From: a virus
Lineage: Duplodnaviria > Caudoviricetes
Strand: one strand, 5' to 3'
DNA length: 48,000 nt
Virus record (IMG/VR): IMGVR_UViG_3300033555_000009
Coordinates: 1-48,000 of that record
In this document: piece by piece, positions 44,315 to 48,000 of the stretch
How the letters are laid out: the number at the start of each line of letters is the position of its first letter
Position numbering within the stretch: the first letter of the stretch is position 1
Program-made: the position numbers and the translations under genes
The notes under the pieces: model-generated
Database searches by the model: none
What the model was told of the DNA's origin: nothing
The model's input: only the letters and a program-made list of their open reading frames with translations

Positions 44315-44677
44315 ATGGCAGTAGTAACTTCTACATCTAAAAACTCGGCAGCACCTATTACGCTGGGTAGTATTCTTCTGGCACTTAGCGGTGACACTCT
44401 GGTCTATGTACCTAATAACGGTGATGAGCTTGTATTGTATAACACCACCGCAACCGCTGTTCCTGTCACTATTGACGGCTCCGCTGGCACCACTGTCTCG
44501 GTTCCCGGCGCTGCTGGCGCAACTCTCTCCGTAGCTGCTGGCCTCGTTGTCACTGTAGCTGCTAACTCTTTTGCATACGTAGCTTTGGATAAAGCAAGTG
44601 CTTTCCTTAATGGAACAGTTTCTATCGTTGCAGCAACTGGTGCAGTAGTTCGTGCCGCAATCGTAACACAATACTAA
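44315..44677 (+). CDS. tail-associated decoration protein
   Basis: 120-aa beta-rich gene directly before the tail tube gene. Confidence 0.6.
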   Translation: MAVVTSTSKNSAAPITLGSILLALSGDTLVYVPNNGDELVLYNTTATAVPVTIDGSAGTTVSVPGAAGATLSVAAGLVVTVAANSFAYVALDKASAFLNGTVSIVAATGAVVRAAIVTQY

Positions 44678-44695
44678 TCTTAAAGGAAATATTAA

Positions 44696-45139
44696 ATGCC
44701 TACTCTCGCATTCAGTTCTGTTGGTTCTACTCTCTCTATCTCTGCTGGCGTTCCAGCAACTTTCGATGCAACCGGGTTCGGTAACCTGACCTACACGCTT
44801 ATCAAGGAACTTACAGATATCGGCGTCATCGGCGGTGACACAGCAATTATCAATCATAACCCTGTTGCCGAAAATACAACATACAAGCTTAAGGGTTCCC
44901 GCGACCCCGGTTCGCTCAGCATTAAGGGTGCGTATTCGCCTACGGATAACGGCCAAATCCTGCTTAAAGCTGCGGACATCTCCCCTAATATCTACGCTGT
45001 TAAAATGGTTCTGCAAAACGGCACTATCTTTTACTCGCAAGCCCTTATCACCGGCTTTAAGGTAACGGTTGGTGGTCAGTCGCAGATCACTGGTATGGAA
45101 GCTATGGCTGCTCTGTCGGGCACTCTGGTTGTAGTTTAA
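44696..45139 (+). CDS. major tail tube protein
   Basis: GSTLSISAG.PATFD.TGF, E.TDIG..GG, KLKGS.D.G, D.GQ.LL. Confidence 0.88.
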   Translation: MPTLAFSSVGSTLSISAGVPATFDATGFGNLTYTLIKELTDIGVIGGDTAIINHNPVAENTTYKLKGSRDPGSLSIKGAYSPTDNGQILLKAADISPNIYAVKMVLQNGTIFYSQALITGFKVTVGGQSQITGMEAMAALSGTLVVV

Positions 45140-45148
45140 TTAAATTAT

Positions 45149-45175
45149 GAGGGGCAGGTAATCTGCCCCTCTATT
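45149..45175 (+). terminator. stem-loop after the tail tube gene
   Basis: GAGGGGCAG-GTAAT-CTGCCCCTC; weak T tract. Confidence 0.55.
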
Positions 45176-45239
45176 CCGCAGCATACATAAAATCGCATAC
45201 ACATAAGTGTAGCACAAATCTACCAAAGGAACAAATATT

Positions 45240-45662
45240 ATGGCAAGTTTTAACCTCTCTACCCGTGCTCTTGTCGATCATGTCGAGATGCACCTCACCG
45301 ACCCAGCTTCCGGCATCGACCTGTACGCAGACGCTGCTGAAAAAGAAGCTGTCACCATCACACTCTACGGACGATCCTCTAAGCAATACCGCAACTACAT
45401 GGCAGCATCGCTCCGCAAGCAAGAAGCTGAAAAGAATAGTAAGAAAAAGAAGTCGCTCGAAGAAATGATGGACGAGAACGCAGAGTTCTTGGCAGCAGTC
45501 ACCGTATCGTCAGCTCACCTTGAGTTTGAACATGATGGTAAGCCACTTCAGCCACAAAGTAAAGAAGATTTTAAGAAGCTTTACTCCACGTATGATCTGG
45601 CATGGATTGGCGACCAAGTAACCGCCTTCATGAACGACTTGGGAAACTTCGTACAGAAGTAA
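45240..45662 (+). CDS. tail assembly chaperone (gpG-like)
   Basis: between tube and tape measure; I.LYG..SKQYR, WI..QV..F..D..NF. Confidence 0.85.
   Translation: MASFNLSTRALVDHVEMHLTDPASGIDLYADAAEKEAVTITLYGRSSKQYRNYMAASLRKQEAEKNSKKKKSLEEMMDENAEFLAAVTVSSAHLEFEHDGKPLQPQSKEDFKKLYSTYDLAWIGDQVTAFMNDLGNFVQK
45641..45647 (+). other. -1 programmed ribosomal frameshift site
   Basis: in-frame G GGA AAC heptamer; the -1 frame opens into the 45602..46186 ORF. Confidence 0.85.
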
Positions 45663-46186
45663 CAGAGGAGTTGTGCTTGTATGTTCGTCATCAAGCATGG
45701 CTCAATGCCACCCCTAAAGAGCAAGAAAAGCCACGCCGAGAGATGTACACAGAGGGGAGTCCATACTTAGAGATGGCTCCCCTTTCTTCGTACCAGCAAT
45801 GGATACTGGAACTGTGGCATAAGGCTGGCACTATTGCTCAAGGCGCTGGTGGGTTACTTCCCCTAGAATGGCCTTCACTAATACAGTGGGCAAACAAATT
45901 TTACAGCGAAACTTACATTGAATGGGTGGAACACCCTAAGCAGAATAAGCGTCATAAGACACAATATTCCCCAATCACATTATCACAGTGTACGCTGCTT
46001 GACAGCGAGCTAGAATTAATAAGACAGCTTAGTGTTGAATATTCATCCGAGTATGCAGCAGCTAACGAACCGACAAGAATGTGCCCTAAGACAGTTTATG
46101 AAGATGAAGTGTGTGAAGAGGATGTTCTGAAGAATGCCGAAGCCATTGAGAAAGCTATGATGGAGATGTTCGGAGATAACAAATAG
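45641..46186 (+). CDS. tail assembly chaperone frameshift extension (gpT-like)
   Basis: -1 frame relative to the gpG-like gene. Confidence 0.75.
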   Translation, partial: GKLRTEVTEELCLYVRHQAWLNATPKEQEKPRREMYTEGSPYLEMAPLSSYQQWILELWHKAGTIAQGAGGLLPLEWPSLIQWANKFYSETYIEWVEHPKQNKRHKTQYSPITLSQCTLLDSELELIRQLSVEYSSEYAAANEPTRMCPKTVYEDEVCEEDVLKNAEAIEKAMMEMFGDNK

Positions 46187-46226
46187 TACGTCTGCCTTAA
46201 TAGGCTAATTGAATTTAAGGAAACCT

Positions 46227-48000
46227 ATGGCTGTTGATGTCACTGCTCTGAGTATTTCTGTAACAAGTACAGGTATCCGTGAGGCCTCCAACCAGCTTGG
46301 AGGCTTGTCCACGTCTGCTGTAAACGCCACACAGCGCATCCTAGCCTTGACAGAAGCCATAGCTAAGTTTAATACTGCGGCTATGTCGGTCAACACAGTT
46401 AATAGCTCGTTGTCGCAAGCCTTAAAACAGATGTCAGCAATGACAGGGGCCACTGCCGCTGCTGCTGAGTCAAATAAGAAGCTTACAGCCTCCTCGCCGA
46501 CTACAGCACTTATACAACAGCGTAGGGACATGGAGGCTTATAACACGTCTGCTAGGCAATACGCCCAAGCTCATACTGAAGCCATAAGGATGAATAACGC
46601 ACTCGATAAAGAGATTAAGAAAGCTTCAATATCACAGCGTCAGCACAACGATGGTATGCGTGAGGCTCACGGCCTTGCTCGGGGACTCTCAGGCTCGTTA
46701 GGAGCTTTGTGGTTGACTTATGGTAATCTCGCTGGGATGCTGGCAGGTGTAGCTATTGGCTCAGGATTGAAAGCCATCTTTGTGATGGGCAAAGATATCG
46801 AGCACACACTTGAAGGTATCCGGGTGAAGGGTATGGAGTCGGTAGATTCTATTAACAAGCTTCGGGAGTCTATTCTTGATTTGGGTACAGGTATCTATGG
46901 CCCACAAGAAGTTGCTAAAGCTTTTGATATTCTGGTGATGGCTGGTCTAAATGCACAGCAAGCTATGGTGGCGATGAAGGATGCTCTTAATCTGGCATTG
47001 ATTGGGGGTACGACTGTCGAGAAAGCTGCATTCACTCTTGTGCAGGTTGGTACAGCTTTGGGCTACACAGCAGAAGGTTATAGCCGCATCGGCGACGTTA
47101 TTGCAAAGACTGCTGCTGTTTCTATGTCGTCTGTTGAGTCGTTGTCTGAAGCATTCAAATCCGGCTCAGTGGTTGGTAAGTTATATGGAGCATCACTTGT
47201 AGATATTGGCGTGGCATTTGCCGCCCTGTCTAACTTGGGTATTCGTGGTAGTGCAGCAGGTACGTCGCTCAAGAACATGTATAAAGAGTTGGCTGCTGAC
47301 AGCGATAAGTTGAAAAACACACTCAACTTGATTGGCCTGAAGCCACAGAATTTGAAAGACATTGAGGGTAACTTTCTGCCTATGGTGCAGTTGTTCAGCA
47401 CTCTGGATGGCGCACTTAGCAAGTACACAGCAGCAGAGCAAAAGACGTTGCTTGCCCGTATGGCTAATGAGCGCGGTATGAAGTCCTTGGTTGAACTCTT
47501 AAGCTTGTACAGGATTAAGATCAAATCTTCGGTAAACGGTACTGAGGAGTTTACAACTGCTTTGGAGGGTATGGCTAAAGCTATTGACGAGAGTTATGGC
47601 TTTATGGCTCAAGGTGCCGCTGCAATGGCATTGACCGTGGATTCGCAATTTAAGTCTGTAAAGAATACGTTGCAGACAAGTTTGATTAAAGCATTTCAAG
47701 ATATCCAACCGGAGTTATCGTTAGTTGCTAGGAGCTTAAAGAGCGCCTTCAACTCGTCAGAGTTCATAACTGCAATTGGCACTATTGCTAAAGCTGTGGC
47801 AAGCTTCATCGTTCTAGTAGTAGAAAACGCAGAAGTCTTGGGCGACCTCCTTAAAGTATTCTTGGCATACAAAGCTGCAATGGTGATTGTGGGTGTTATC
47901 ACAGGGATCGGCGCTGCTATCCTAGTGATGGAGAAAGCGTTGATAGCCGCTCGTGTTGCTGCTATTGCCTTCCAAGTGTCGTTAGGTGTTGTAGGTATCG
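46227..48000 (+). CDS. tail tape measure protein (TP901-type core), truncated by window end
   Basis: AAGGA RBS, MAVDVTALSISVTSTGI...; LSNLGIRGSAAGTSLKNM; absent from the ORF track, consistent with running off the window. Confidence 0.9.
   Translation, partial: MAVDVTALSISVTSTGIREASNQLGGLSTSAVNATQRILALTEAIAKFNTAAMSVNTVNSSLSQALKQMSAMTGATAAAAESNKKLTASSPTTALIQQRRDMEAYNTSARQYAQAHTEAIRMNNALDKEIKKASISQRQHNDGMREAHGLARGLSGSLGALWLTYGNLAGMLAGVAIGSGLKAIFVMGKDIEHTLEGIRVKGMESVDSINKLRESILDLGTGIYGPQEVAKAFDILVMAGLNAQQAMVAMKDALNLALIGGTTVEKAAFTLVQVGTALGYTAEGYSRIGDVIAKTAAVSMSSVESLSEAFKSGSVVGKLYGASLVDIGVAFAALSNLGIRGSAAGTSLKNMYKELAADSDKLKNTLNLIGLKPQNLKDIEGNFLPMVQLFSTLDGALSKYTAAEQKTLLARMANERGMKSLVELLSLYRIKIKSSVNGTEEFTTALEGMAKAIDESYGFMAQGAAAMALTVDSQFKSVKNTLQTSLIKAFQDIQPELSLVARSLKSAFNSSEFITAIGTIAKAVASFIVLVVENAEVLGDLLKVFLAYKAAMVIVGVITGIGAAILVMEKALIAARVAAIAFQVSLGVVGI

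Overview
A 48-kb segment of a large tailed dsDNA phage, probably a lytic siphovirus (tail tube, G/GT chaperones and TP901-type tape measure; no sheath gene seen). The host is probably a betaproteobacterium, inferred from GAAAG-type ribosome-binding sites. Layout: (i) 1-3.15 kb, a run of small genes including a Lar-family gene. (ii) About 3.2-18.1 kb, an early/host-takeover region of about 40 tiny genes driven by about 20 sigma70 promoters, many with a repeated UP-like element. It is bracketed by non-coding DNA that shares a GTTGTCAGA motif and may be a long terminal repeat. It contains three copies of a promoter-driven hairpin sRNA, a phased array of four LexA-type boxes, a pas/ssi-like element beside a Rep-like HTH gene, and a tandem array of DnaA boxes. 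(iii) 18.2-25.1 kb, a serine recombinase and leftward genes (GIY-YIG-like endonuclease, SLOG protein, metallophosphoesterase, HslV-like and ClpP-like proteases, PhoH). (iv) 25.2-48 kb, the late region: putative TerS, tRNA-Thr(UGU), a displaced fibre-like gene, a ~260-nt RNA with RNase P RNA-like landmarks, TerL, portal, S49 protease, scaffold, decoration, capsid, HNH, and neck genes interrupted by a modular fibre/carbohydrate-enzyme cassette. Tail genes with a -1 frameshift and the start of the tape measure follow. All assignments come from reading motifs by eye; no searches were run.
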